Part shown: positions 19,300 through 28,923 of the stretch, piece after piece
Numbering within the stretch: position 1 is the first letter of the stretch
Layout: every line of letters begins with the position of its first letter
Assembly: GCA_014874355.1 (NCBI GenBank)
Contig: JACWAJ010000065.1
Location: forward strand, 1-60,755
Length of the DNA stretch: 60,755 nucleotides
Source of the DNA: a bacterium
GTDB lineage: Bacteria > Chloroflexota > Dormibacteria > Aeolococcales > Aeolococcaceae
Direction of reading: 5' to 3'
The notes under the pieces: generated by a model
Databases searched by the model: none
What the model was told of the DNA's origin: nothing
What the model saw: only the letters and a program-made list of their open reading frames with translations
Translations under genes and position numbers: made by a program

Positions 19300-20298
19300 A
19301 TGACGACCGTGGCGGTCATGGGAAACAGTGCTTCCGCCACGCCCGGTACTCCAGAACCTAGCGCTCTGGAACACCGGCCGGTCCTTCTACACCCGCTAAT
19401 AGACAGCCTGCAGCCCAAGCCGGGACAGGTGGCCGTCGACGGTACTTTTGGTGCCGGAGGCATGACCGCTGCGCTCCTCGAGCGTGTAACTCCCGGTGGG
19501 CGCGTCATCGCCATCGACCGCGATCCGGCAGCGGTGGCGCGTGGGCGCGCTCGGTTTGCCCAGGCCGGTGCCGCAGTGACCCTTGTGGCCGGCAACTTCG
19601 CCGACCTGGACCAGATCGTTCACGGCATGGGGCTCGACGCCGTTGACATCGTCGTGCTCGACCTCGGCATTTCCTCGCTCCAACTGGACGATCTCGCTCG
19701 CGGCTTCAGCTTCCGGTTCGACTCGCCGCTGGACATGCGGATGGACCCAACCGGGGACTCGGAGACCGCCGCGGATATCGTGAACGGGTGGGACGAGGGC
19801 GGCCTTGCCTCACTGCTTCGCGATTACGGCGGAGAGCGCTTTGCCCGGCGTATTGCCGCCGCCATCGTCCGCCGGCGCAGCGTTGCACCGTTGCATAGCA
19901 CAGCGGAACTTACCGAACTGGTCGCCGCTGCGATTCCGCGGCGGTTCTGGCCCAAGCGGATTCATCCGGCGACCAGAACCTTCCAGGCACTTCGAATCGA
20001 GGTCAACCAGGAGTTGAAGAACCTCGAACTAGGGATGCAGGCAGTCATTTCGATTCTCCGGCCCGGTGGGCGTCTTGGGGTCATCGCTTTTCACTCTCTT
20101 GAGGACACCCTTGTCAAGAACTCACTCCACGTCGCAGCAAAGAACTGTATTTGTCCCCCCCAACAGCCCCTCTGCACCTGCGCCCATCGGGCCTCACTCC
20201 ACCTTCCCAGCCGCAAGGCCATCAAGCCGGATGCGGCGGAGCTTGCCGACAACCCCAGGGCGCGATCCGCGCACCTTCGAATCGCCGAAAAGCTCTGA
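19300..20298 (+). CDS. rsmH: 16S rRNA m4C1402 methyltransferase
   Basis: HRPVLL, DGTFGAGG, DLGISS.QLD...RGFSF, PLDMRM, HPATRTFQALRIEVN, FHSLED, NPRARSA. Confidence 0.97.
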   Translation: MTTVAVMGNSASATPGTPEPSALEHRPVLLHPLIDSLQPKPGQVAVDGTFGAGGMTAALLERVTPGGRVIAIDRDPAAVARGRARFAQAGAAVTLVAGNFADLDQIVHGMGLDAVDIVVLDLGISSLQLDDLARGFSFRFDSPLDMRMDPTGDSETAADIVNGWDEGGLASLLRDYGGERFARRIAAAIVRRRSVAPLHSTAELTELVAAAIPRRFWPKRIHPATRTFQALRIEVNQELKNLELGMQAVISILRPGGRLGVIAFHSLEDTLVKNSLHVAAKNCICPPQQPLCTCAHRASLHLPSRKAIKPDAAELADNPRARSAHLRIAEKL

Positions 20299-20351
20299 CA
20301 CCTATCGCAGCACTCGTACCACCAAACGTTATTGCACTGGAGAGAACGGTA

Positions 20352-20864
20352 GTGTTCCGCAGCCTCTTGCACCTACGCCATCGCAACGCCACCCGTCGGG
20401 GTGGCGATCATGCGATCTCGGATCTTACGGCCGTGCCCATCGAGCCGGTTCAGATCCGACGGAGCCGCACGCGGCGCGGCGGTCCGCGCACGCCGCTGCC
20501 ACTGGTGGGCCTCATCGCCATCGCAGCAGGCGTTGGCGTGGCTTATGTCGCCCAGGTCGCGCATGCGACGCAGGCGACGTACGAAGCGTCCCAGTTGCAG
20601 CGGGACGAGTCGCAACTGCGCACGGAAGCATCGCGTCTCGACGATCAACTGGCGCGGCTGCATGCCACGGAGCGTGTGGTTGCCGCGGCGCAACAACTTG
20701 GCATGCGTCCTGCCGGGCAATGGGCATATGTAGCGAGCCAGAAGGTCGTGGTCATCGAGGTTCCGAATCCCAAGCCTGCCACCCAGGTTGCATCCGGTGA
20801 TCCGCTGCAGCACTTCATTGCGGTTATCGGAGGCGCCTTCGGCGTCGAGGCTTCGAATCCGTGA
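20352..20864 (+). CDS. ftsL: Cell division protein FtsL-like (start uncertain)
   Basis: Basic N-terminus, TM helix, coiled coil, A..LGM motif; position between rsmH and ftsI. Confidence 0.75.
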   Translation: MFRSLLHLRHRNATRRGGDHAISDLTAVPIEPVQIRRSRTRRGGPRTPLPLVGLIAIAAGVGVAYVAQVAHATQATYEASQLQRDESQLRTEASRLDDQLARLHATERVVAAAQQLGMRPAGQWAYVASQKVVVIEVPNPKPATQVASGDPLQHFIAVIGGAFGVEASNP

Positions 20865-22669
20865 CGCCACGGCGGCCGTCCTTCGAACGTGGCGGTGCGG
20901 TGTCGGCGCGCCACATGGATGTGCGTACGGGCGCTCGCCGTGCCCGGGGATGGTTCGTAGGCGAACCGCCGAGCTTCCGTGGTCGGGCGTTCTGGCTGTG
21001 GTTGGCCTTCGTCTCGGTCGGCATCATTCTTGCGGGGCGTCTGGTCGACGTCCAGATCCGCCAAGGCAAACAGCTTGCTTCGGCTGCGGCGCAGATGCAC
21101 CAAATTTCGGTCGCGCTGAGCGCTCATCGTGGTCGCATTTTCGACGCCAACGGCAACATTCTGGCCAGCGATGTGGCGGTCTATGACATCTACGCCGACC
21201 CCAGCCTCATATCCAGCAGTGATCGTGCCGGGGTTGCCGCCCAGCTGGCTCCGGTTCTCAACATGGGACCAGGCCTGATCAGCGATCTCCTCGGCAAGGC
21301 CACGCACTTCGTCTACCTGTCCAAGGGCGTGTCCGCGGATGTGCGCAGCCGGCTCGAGGCCCTGCGCATTGATGGGGTGGGGGCCATAGAACGCGACAAA
21401 CGGGTATACGAACCCTCACCAATTACGCCCAATACCTTCGCTGAGCCCCTGCTGGGCTATGTCGATGGCGAGGGAAATGGCAGCTACGGTGTCGAACAGT
21501 ACTACAACAAGGCCCTCAAGGGTGTCGATGGCAGCGAATCCACGCTGCGCGACATGGCCGGCAACTCCATCGTGCTGAGCCAGCAGACGCACAAGGACGC
21601 TCGCGACGGATCTGATCTCCACTTGGGCCTCGACTCGCGCATTCAGTACTGGGCCGAACAGGCGCTCGCCAAAGGTGTGGCCTATGCGGAGGCTGAGTCG
21701 GGAGAGGTTCTCGTCATGGACACCAAGAGTGGTGTCGTTCGGGCTTGGGCACAGGATCCCGCCTACAACGCCAACGATTTCGCTCATGCCAATGTCGCCG
21801 ACTTCCGCGACCAATCGATTGCAGATCTGTATGAGCCAGGATCGACGATGAAGGTGATCACCTTCGCCGGTGGATTGAATGGTCAGGTGATCGCGCCCAC
21901 GACCACTCTCGACGAACAACCCCAAACGATTGATGGCTACACGATCCATGACTGGGACAACAAGGCGCATGGTTTGATCACCATGCAGGATGTGCTCGAT
22001 CAGTCTCTCAACAACGGCGCCATCCGGGTGATGCAGTTGCTGGGGCATGACGCCTTCTACAAGAACTTGCTGGCCTTCGGCGTGGGCTCGCCAACGGGAA
22101 TCGACCTTGCCGGCGAACAGAATCAGCCCTTGGAGCCGCAGTCGCAGTGGAGCGACATCGACTATGCCACCGCCTCGTTCGGACAACATGTCTCGATGAC
22201 GCCCGTGGAGATGCTGGCTGCTATCAACGCTGTCGGAAATGGCGGCGTCTGGGTGCAGCCCCATGTCGTGCAGGCCGTTGTCGATCCGGCCACCGGCAAG
22301 TCGACGCCGGTTGTGGCCACAACGCGGCGGGTCATGACGCCTGAATCTGCGAACACGCTGGCGACCATGATGACCGGCGTTGTGGACCACAAGAACGCTG
22401 AGGGATTCCTGGCACGGATTCCGGGATTCCAAGGCCAGATAGCCGGCAAGACGGGCACCGCCGACGAGCCCACCAACGGTCAGTACGAGGGTTCGCTGAT
22501 CGTCTCCTTCGGGGCGTTCATGCCCGTCAGCAATCCGCAGTTCACGATGCTCGTGGTGTTGCGATACCCGCACGAGACCAAGGTTCCCCGGTTCGGTGCC
22601 TTTCTGGCGGCTCCGGTGTGGAAGGACATCGCCCAGGTGATCGTCGACCAGTGGCGCATCTTGCCGTGA
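20861..22669 (+). CDS. ftsI: Class B penicillin-binding protein
   Basis: RGRIFDANG, EPGSTMK (SxxK), SLN (SxN), GKTGTA. Confidence 0.93.
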   Translation: MTPRRPSFERGGAVSARHMDVRTGARRARGWFVGEPPSFRGRAFWLWLAFVSVGIILAGRLVDVQIRQGKQLASAAAQMHQISVALSAHRGRIFDANGNILASDVAVYDIYADPSLISSSDRAGVAAQLAPVLNMGPGLISDLLGKATHFVYLSKGVSADVRSRLEALRIDGVGAIERDKRVYEPSPITPNTFAEPLLGYVDGEGNGSYGVEQYYNKALKGVDGSESTLRDMAGNSIVLSQQTHKDARDGSDLHLGLDSRIQYWAEQALAKGVAYAEAESGEVLVMDTKSGVVRAWAQDPAYNANDFAHANVADFRDQSIADLYEPGSTMKVITFAGGLNGQVIAPTTTLDEQPQTIDGYTIHDWDNKAHGLITMQDVLDQSLNNGAIRVMQLLGHDAFYKNLLAFGVGSPTGIDLAGEQNQPLEPQSQWSDIDYATASFGQHVSMTPVEMLAAINAVGNGGVWVQPHVVQAVVDPATGKSTPVVATTRRVMTPESANTLATMMTGVVDHKNAEGFLARIPGFQGQIAGKTGTADEPTNGQYEGSLIVSFGAFMPVSNPQFTMLVVLRYPHETKVPRFGAFLAAPVWKDIAQVIVDQWRILP

Positions 22670-22685
22670 CCCGGGAGGAAGGCTG

Positions 22686-23645
22686 ATGCTTCACGCGGCG
22701 CTGGCGCTGGGCTTTGGTCTTGTGCTCACGTTGGTGCTGTATCCGGCATTTCTCAGTCAACTCGTGAGTTTTCGCGCTGGCCAGCGAATTCAGGAGTATG
22801 GGCCCGCGAGTCATGCCACCAAGGTGGGCACACCCACGATGGGCGGCTTGCTCTTCTGCGTGGTCATCGCTGCGGCGTGGCTGCTCTTCGATCGCAGCCG
22901 GGCCGGGTTCGTTCTTGCCTTCGCATTTGGTGGCGGTGCCGCCCTGGGCCTGGTCGATGACGTGGCCAATGTTCGCGGCCAGGGCGCGCTGGGCCTGCTC
23001 GGCCGCCAGAAACTCCTGCTGCAAGCGGTCATAGGGGTTCTCGTCGGGATGGGACTGAATCAGATTGGGGCGACGCATCAAATCCTCCCGTGGTTGGGCG
23101 CCCCCGATCTTGGTGTCGCCATCGTGCCTCTGGCCGCACTGGTCGTTGTATGTGCCAGCAATGCCGTCAACATCACCGATGGCGTCGACGGACTTGCCGC
23201 CACGTGTTGTGCCGTTGCCTTCGGCGCTCTTCTGTTCATTGCGCTTGGCGTCCACAACCTCCCCGCCATAGTCATTTCAGCTACGACGCTGGGTGCGCTC
23301 GGAGGATTTCTCGTATTCAACTGGTTCCCGGCGCGCGTCTTCATGGGTGATACCGGGTCGCTGGCGCTCGGTTGTGCTCTGGTGGCCGTCAGCGCCGAAC
23401 TCCATCTGCTCTGGCTGCTGCCGCTGCTGGGGATAGTCTTCGTCGTCGAGACCCTCAGCGTCATCGTCAACGTGACCGCGATCAGGAAGTTCCATCGCCG
23501 GATCTTGCGTTCCAGTCCAATTCACCATCACTTCGAGGCTTTGGGGTTTCGCGAGCCGGTGATCGTCGCCGGATTTGGTTTTGTGGCGCTGCTGGCTGCG
23601 GTCGCGACCGCGCTCTACGCTCACCATCTCGGTGGCCTGGTATGA
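22686..23645 (+). CDS. mraY: Phospho-N-acetylmuramoyl-pentapeptide transferase
   Basis: K.GTPTMGG, DD, NAVNITDGVDGLA, FMGDTGS, PIHHHFE. Confidence 0.96.
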   Translation: MLHAALALGFGLVLTLVLYPAFLSQLVSFRAGQRIQEYGPASHATKVGTPTMGGLLFCVVIAAAWLLFDRSRAGFVLAFAFGGGAALGLVDDVANVRGQGALGLLGRQKLLLQAVIGVLVGMGLNQIGATHQILPWLGAPDLGVAIVPLAALVVVCASNAVNITDGVDGLAATCCAVAFGALLFIALGVHNLPAIVISATTLGALGGFLVFNWFPARVFMGDTGSLALGCALVAVSAELHLLWLLPLLGIVFVVETLSVIVNVTAIRKFHRRILRSSPIHHHFEALGFREPVIVAGFGFVALLAAVATALYAHHLGGLV

Positions 23646-25003
23646 ACGAACGGGCGGTTGTCATAGGGCTTGGCAGGAGTGGCCTCGCGTGTGCCCGGTT
23701 TCTTCACGCCGAGGGCTTTCACGTCACAGTTGTAGATCGTGCGGACACTGCTGATCTACGTGTCGTGGCGGCCACATTGCCTCCTGATGTTGATGTCAGA
23801 CTTGGCGGTTACACAGCGGACGTTGGCCTTGGTGCCGCGCTTATCTGTCCGTCACCTGGGGTCCGGTGGGATTCACCAGAGCTGGAGCGAGCTCGCGACG
23901 CCGGTGTTCGCGTGCGCAGCGAGATAGACCTGTTTCTGGAACGCTGCCCGGCGCCGGTTGTTGCCATCACCGGGACCAACGGCAAGACCACGACAACTGC
24001 GCTGACCGCCGCTGTGATAGCGGTTTCCGGCGTGCGGGTGCATTGCGGCGGCAACATTGGCAACACCGTCTTGGACAGGATTGGTGACATTGCCGCAGAC
24101 GATGTTGTCGTACTCGAGCTCTCGTCTTTCCAAATCGAATCGCTGAGCCAGGCCAACTGTGATACCGGATGTGTACTGAACATCACACCCGACCACCTTG
24201 ACCGGCATACCACGCTCACGCACTACGCTGACCTCAAGGCTCGGTTGGTCGAGGGCGCCAAGCGGTGTGTCGTGCTAAATCACGACGACGCCATCACCCG
24301 TGCCATGGCGGCCAGAGCCGGTGCTGCGGTGAGCTTCTTTGGCTACGATCTCGCGGGTCACGACGGATCCTCCGTGGTCGGCGACAGTATTGTCAGCGTT
24401 GACTCCGGCCATGTCGACGCCTTCATGTCGGTGGCAGACGTGCCGCTTTTGGGGGCGCACAACATTGCCAACGTCCTGGCCGCAGTGTGCATGGGACGTG
24501 CCGCCGGCGTGGAACTCGAACAAATTGCCGAGGCGGTGCGAGGCTTCACCCCGGTAGTGCACAGGCTGCAGCCGGTGCGCGACGAGGATGGCATCCTGTG
24601 GGTCAACGACAGCAAGGCGACCAACGTGGATGCCGCGCAAAAGGCGCTGGATGCTTTTGGCAAGCGGCCGATTGTTTGGATTGGGGGGGGATCGAGTAAG
24701 GGCGTGGGGCCAGACGCTCTGGCCGATACGGTTACTGCTCATGCCCGGGTGGCCGTGCTCTGCGGGGCGACGGGGCCAGAACTCGACGCTGCGCTGGCGG
24801 TTCGCGGTTTTACCGAGCGCCACTTGGTGGCCGATCTCACCGCAGCGGTGCAGCGGGCGCGCGAGGTTGCTCGCCCTGGCGATGTCGTTCTGCTGGCGCC
24901 TGGATACGCCAGCTTCGACCAGTTCCACGACTTCGAAGAACGTGGTCGGGTCTTTACGGCGCTGGCCAATGGCACTTGTGAGCCGACCGTTGAGGAAGTG
25001 TGA
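23642..25003 (+). CDS. murD: UDP-MurNAc-L-Ala:D-Glu ligase
   Basis: GLGRSG, SPGV, TGTNGKTTT, ELSSFQ, DHLDRH, NDSKATN, ASFDQF..FEERG. Confidence 0.96.
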   Translation: MNERAVVIGLGRSGLACARFLHAEGFHVTVVDRADTADLRVVAATLPPDVDVRLGGYTADVGLGAALICPSPGVRWDSPELERARDAGVRVRSEIDLFLERCPAPVVAITGTNGKTTTTALTAAVIAVSGVRVHCGGNIGNTVLDRIGDIAADDVVVLELSSFQIESLSQANCDTGCVLNITPDHLDRHTTLTHYADLKARLVEGAKRCVVLNHDDAITRAMAARAGAAVSFFGYDLAGHDGSSVVGDSIVSVDSGHVDAFMSVADVPLLGAHNIANVLAAVCMGRAAGVELEQIAEAVRGFTPVVHRLQPVRDEDGILWVNDSKATNVDAAQKALDAFGKRPIVWIGGGSSKGVGPDALADTVTAHARVAVLCGATGPELDAALAVRGFTERHLVADLTAAVQRAREVARPGDVVLLAPGYASFDQFHDFEERGRVFTALANGTCEPTVEEV

Positions 25004-26307
25004 TGCCGACAACTGCCCAGGCGTTCCAGCGAGAATCCGAGTCGATGAAAGCTGAGTCTTTGATGCGGCGTCTGCGCCGCCGTGGTCGCGTGACCCTTGT
25101 CGACGAGCGGGTCGAGAAGGCAGGGGGCATCGATGGCTGGCTATTGACCGTTCTGGCGGCGCTTTGTGCCTTTGGCCTCGTCATGGTCTATTCGGCATCG
25201 GAGGCACTCGGCTACATCCGGACTCTCAATGCCAACTACTTTTTCGAGCGCCAGGCGGGAGCTTTGGCGCTGGGACTTCTCGGCCTCATCGTGGCGTCGC
25301 GCTTCGACTACCACCGCTGGCGTAAGTTCACCAAACCGCTCGTGATCGCGACCTTGGTACTTCTGGTCCTCGTGCTGGTGCCGCATCTCGGGACCAGTCG
25401 TAATGGAGCGCAGCGTTGGTTCTCCATTGGTCCCCTATCGGTGCAGCCCTCCGCGGTGGCGGCGGTCGTCGCCGTCGTGGCGCTGGCGCGCTGGCTCAGC
25501 GATCGCGGGCCGCAGGTGCGTGGCTGGCGTGGGGTGCGCGACTACAGCGTGGTCGTGGGTGGGCTGCTGCTTCTGATACTGCTCGAGAAAGACCTGGGTA
25601 CGGCCATCGTGGCCGGATGCGTGGCTTTGGCGATGCTGGCACTGGCCGGTGGTCGCAAGCGTCATCTGGTCGCGCTACTGGGGTTTGCCTCCGTCGCCGG
25701 CTGGATGCTCATCCAGGTGGAGTCCTATCGTGCGGCCCGCCTGGCCAGCTTCACCAATCCCTTCGCGGATCCGCTCAACACCGGTTACCAACCTGTCCAG
25801 GCACTCTACGCGCTGGGTTCCGGCGGGTTGACGGGCGTGGGGTTGGGCAACTCGATCGAGAAGTACAACTGGCTGCCGGAGGCCCATTCCGACTTCATCT
25901 TCGCCATCATCGGGGAGGAACTCGGCCTCATCGGAACCCTTTGCGTGATTGCTGCGTTTCTATTCCTGGGCTGGCGTGGCATCCGTGCTTCGCTGCGTGC
26001 TCCCGACAGCTATGGCGCTCTGCTCGCCGGAGGAATCACTGCGTGGGTCTGTATCCAGGCGTTCATCAATATCGCTGCTGTCACCAATGTCATCCCCACC
26101 ACGGGGATACCGCTACCCTTCATCAGTTACGGTGGCACGTCACTGGCGATGACGCTGGTGGCAATGGGGATACTGTGCAATGTCTCGGCACAGGGTCGCC
26201 GGCAGGGAGAAATGCGGCGTGCGTACGTTGATCGCTGGCGGAGGAACGGGGGGGCACCTGACTCCCGCACTGGCACTTGCACAGGCGCTGCAACACAGCG
26301 AAGCTGA
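25000..26307 (+). CDS. ftsW: SEDS peptidoglycan polymerase
   Basis: GLVMVYSAS, NGAQRW, DLGT, GYQ, LPEAHSDFIFAIIGEELG, TGIPLPFISYGGTS. Confidence 0.95.
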   Translation: MMPTTAQAFQRESESMKAESLMRRLRRRGRVTLVDERVEKAGGIDGWLLTVLAALCAFGLVMVYSASEALGYIRTLNANYFFERQAGALALGLLGLIVASRFDYHRWRKFTKPLVIATLVLLVLVLVPHLGTSRNGAQRWFSIGPLSVQPSAVAAVVAVVALARWLSDRGPQVRGWRGVRDYSVVVGGLLLLILLEKDLGTAIVAGCVALAMLALAGGRKRHLVALLGFASVAGWMLIQVESYRAARLASFTNPFADPLNTGYQPVQALYALGSGGLTGVGLGNSIEKYNWLPEAHSDFIFAIIGEELGLIGTLCVIAAFLFLGWRGIRASLRAPDSYGALLAGGITAWVCIQAFINIAAVTNVIPTTGIPLPFISYGGTSLAMTLVAMGILCNVSAQGRRQGEMRRAYVDRWRRNGGAPDSRTGTCTGAATQRS

Positions 26308-27331
26308 AGCTCAGGTTCTGCTCGTCAGCCGTCGTGGAGGCGTTGCCGAGGACTTGGTTCATGCCGTCCATGTGCCGCTGGAGGCCATTCCGATCAGCGG
26401 TCTGGATCTCGGCAACGCCCGCTCCATGGTTGCCTTCGCCAGCCGGCTGCCGGGCGGTCTGCTACATGCGCGCAGATTGATCCGACGCTTCGCGCCCGAT
26501 GTGGTGGTGGGTGCGGCGGGATACGTGTCCGTTCCAGTCGTTGCCGCGGCACGGATGGCGAAGATTCCGGTCGTCCTACTCGAACAGAACGCCTTGCCCG
26601 GCAGGGCGACGCGGCTGTTCGCTGGAGGAGCTCATGTGGTCGCGGCGTCATTTGCCGGTACGGCCAAGTCCCTGCCCAAAGCTCGTGTCGTTCATACCGG
26701 CAATCCCATCCGGGCGGAGGTGGAGGCAATACCGCGCAGGCCGCTTGGCGAGCGCTGCCGTCAGGTTCTGGTAATGGGGGGCAGCCAGGGGGCACGGCGG
26801 CTCAACGAGGCTGTGCTGGCCGGTCTTCGCGAACTCCTTGAATCTGACTCCGAGATTGCGGTTACGCACCAGACCGGAGCGCTGGACGAGGCGCGTGTGA
26901 CACGCTTTCGCCTTGCCCTGCCGGTGGAGTTGCAGGCCCGCTATCACGTTGCGGCGTTCTTCTCCGATATAGCCTCCGAAGAAGCGGCGGCCGATCTGAT
27001 CGTCATGCGGGCGGGTGGATCGTCGCTGGCCGAGGCCTCTGCCCTGGGACGTCCCATGGTGCTCGTGCCCTACCCTCACGCAGGTGGTCACCAGCAATAC
27101 AACGCCGCCCCCTACGTCGACATGAATGCCGCCGTGTCGGTGGACGATGCGGAGTTCTCGGGCAATCGCTTTGTCGCCGAGGTTCGCCGGATGATCGTCG
27201 ACCGGGCCCGTTGGCACGCGATGGCCAGGGCGTCATCGGCGATGGGCCGGCCGGATGCTGCTGCGCGCGTTGTCGAGTTGGTCGGCGAGGCCGCCACATG
27301 GCGCCAGTTCAAGGACAGGGTGCATTCATGA
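26219..27331 (+). CDS. murG: Lipid I GlcNAc transferase
   Basis: GGGTGGH, GYVS.P, EQN..PG, TGNPIR, GGSQGA, RAGGS, HQ.YNA. Confidence 0.96.
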   Translation: MRTLIAGGGTGGHLTPALALAQALQHSEAEAQVLLVSRRGGVAEDLVHAVHVPLEAIPISGLDLGNARSMVAFASRLPGGLLHARRLIRRFAPDVVVGAAGYVSVPVVAAARMAKIPVVLLEQNALPGRATRLFAGGAHVVAASFAGTAKSLPKARVVHTGNPIRAEVEAIPRRPLGERCRQVLVMGGSQGARRLNEAVLAGLRELLESDSEIAVTHQTGALDEARVTRFRLALPVELQARYHVAAFFSDIASEEAAADLIVMRAGGSSLAEASALGRPMVLVPYPHAGGHQQYNAAPYVDMNAAVSVDDAEFSGNRFVAEVRRMIVDRARWHAMARASSAMGRPDAAARVVELVGEAATWRQFKDRVHS

Positions 27332-28746
27332 CGGAGACGGTGGGGAGCCAGTTGCCGCAGCACGTCCACTTCCTGGGTGTCTGCGGCTATGCCGTAAGCG
27401 GAGCCGCGCTGCTTGCCAAGCAGATCGGCTGCATGGTTACCGGCAGCGACGATTGCGCCTATCCGCCGACAACCGATATCCTGACTGGGGCGGGTATACC
27501 CTGGGTCGACGGGAGCGATCCTGTCAATCTGGACCGCTGGGGGCTGCCCGACCTGGTCGTGGTGGGTAACCAGACCCGGCCTGGCAATCCCGAGTGGCAG
27601 GCGGTGCGCTCGCGGAGCATCCCCTACACGAGTGAGATCGAGTTCTTCGCACAACTCACCCAAGATCGTGTACGGCTCTCGGTGTGCGGTACCCACGGCA
27701 AGACGACAACCACGGCTTTACTGGCACACATGCTGGCTGTCGCAGGCCTGGATCCGGGCCTGAGGCTGGGTTCGACCTCGCTCGATCTCGGTGCCAGCGC
27801 ACGTCTGGGCAAAGGGCCGTTTGTGTTCGAAGGCGACGAATACACCACCGCCCCCTGGGATCCTCGGCCCAAATTCCTACACACCCGACCCCAGGCCGCC
27901 TGTGTAACGCGGCTCGAACTCGACCATCCCGACATCTACGCATCGCTAGATGCCTATCGTGAGCCCTTCGTGGAGCTGGCGAAATCCATGCCGGTGGACG
28001 GTCTGCTCGCGGTGTGTGCCGACGATTCCGAAGCGGTGGCCCTGGCGCCATCCGCCACCTGCCGTGTGGTGACCTACGGCGAATCACCAAGTGCCGGCTG
28101 GCGCATCTCCCATCTGCGCGATGTGGCCGGCGTGCAGCACTTCCACCTGAACGGAGAGGGGGCGGAACTCGAGGTGGCCCTCACCTTTCCGGGCCGCCAC
28201 AATGCGGCCAATGCTTGTGCCGCGCTGCTGCTGGCGGCATACGCCGGCGCATCTCTGCCGGACTGTCTTTTGGCATGCACCACCTTCCGCGGACCGGCGC
28301 GTCGCTTCCAGATCCTGGGTGAGGTTGGGGGATGCGCCGTGGTTGACGACTATGCCCATCATCCGACCGAGTGCCACGCCGCCATCGATGCGGCGCGGCA
28401 GCGCTATGCCGGGCGGCGTCTCATCGCCGTCCACACGCCGCACACGTATTCGCGCACGCTCACGCTGCTCGACGACTACGCCGATGTGTTCGAAGGCGCT
28501 GACGTGCTCCTCCTCGGTCCTATCGAGGCGGCCCGAGAACGTGGTCAGGAGGTCACGGTCACCAGTGAGGATGTGGCCGCGAGGGTGCGTCATGTGCCCC
28601 AAATTCAAGTTGTCGATACCAGTCAAGCGGCCATCGACCTGATCGGTGAAATCGTTCGAGACGGCGACGTCGTGCTGGTGCTGTCTTTGGGTGGGTTCGA
28701 CAAGATCGCATCGCGCATCCACGCGGCACTTAGGGCTCGTACCTGA
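27328..28746 (+). CDS. murC: UDP-MurNAc:L-Ala ligase (MurC/Mpl family)
   Basis: HFLGVCG, GTHGKTTT, EGDEY, DHPD, DDYAHHPTE, HTYSRT; position between murG and murB. Confidence 0.85.
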   Translation: MTETVGSQLPQHVHFLGVCGYAVSGAALLAKQIGCMVTGSDDCAYPPTTDILTGAGIPWVDGSDPVNLDRWGLPDLVVVGNQTRPGNPEWQAVRSRSIPYTSEIEFFAQLTQDRVRLSVCGTHGKTTTTALLAHMLAVAGLDPGLRLGSTSLDLGASARLGKGPFVFEGDEYTTAPWDPRPKFLHTRPQAACVTRLELDHPDIYASLDAYREPFVELAKSMPVDGLLAVCADDSEAVALAPSATCRVVTYGESPSAGWRISHLRDVAGVQHFHLNGEGAELEVALTFPGRHNAANACAALLLAAYAGASLPDCLLACTTFRGPARRFQILGEVGGCAVVDDYAHHPTECHAAIDAARQRYAGRRLIAVHTPHTYSRTLTLLDDYADVFEGADVLLLGPIEAARERGQEVTVTSEDVAARVRHVPQIQVVDTSQAAIDLIGEIVRDGDVVLVLSLGGFDKIASRIHAALRART

Positions 28747-28913
28747 ATAACATGGCACATCTCCATCCACCGATCCTCGCCGAATGCCAGCGTCAGCTTC
28801 TGCGCTTCTCGTTCAGGTACCTACCGGTACCATCACTGCGATGCTCGTTCGCTTCCTTGGCCTCGGCGGTCTCGGCGGCGGATCTGCACTATGTTATTCA
28901 GGTACGAGCCCTA
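28731..28913. mobile_element. Non-coding rod-shaped palindromic (MITE-like) element, copy 1
   Basis: Perfect 23-bp terminal inverted repeat TAGGGCTCGTACCTGAATAACAT (28731-28753 / 28891-28913), TA at both ends, nested internal stems. Confidence 0.75.
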
Positions 28914-28923
28914 GGCAACCGGC

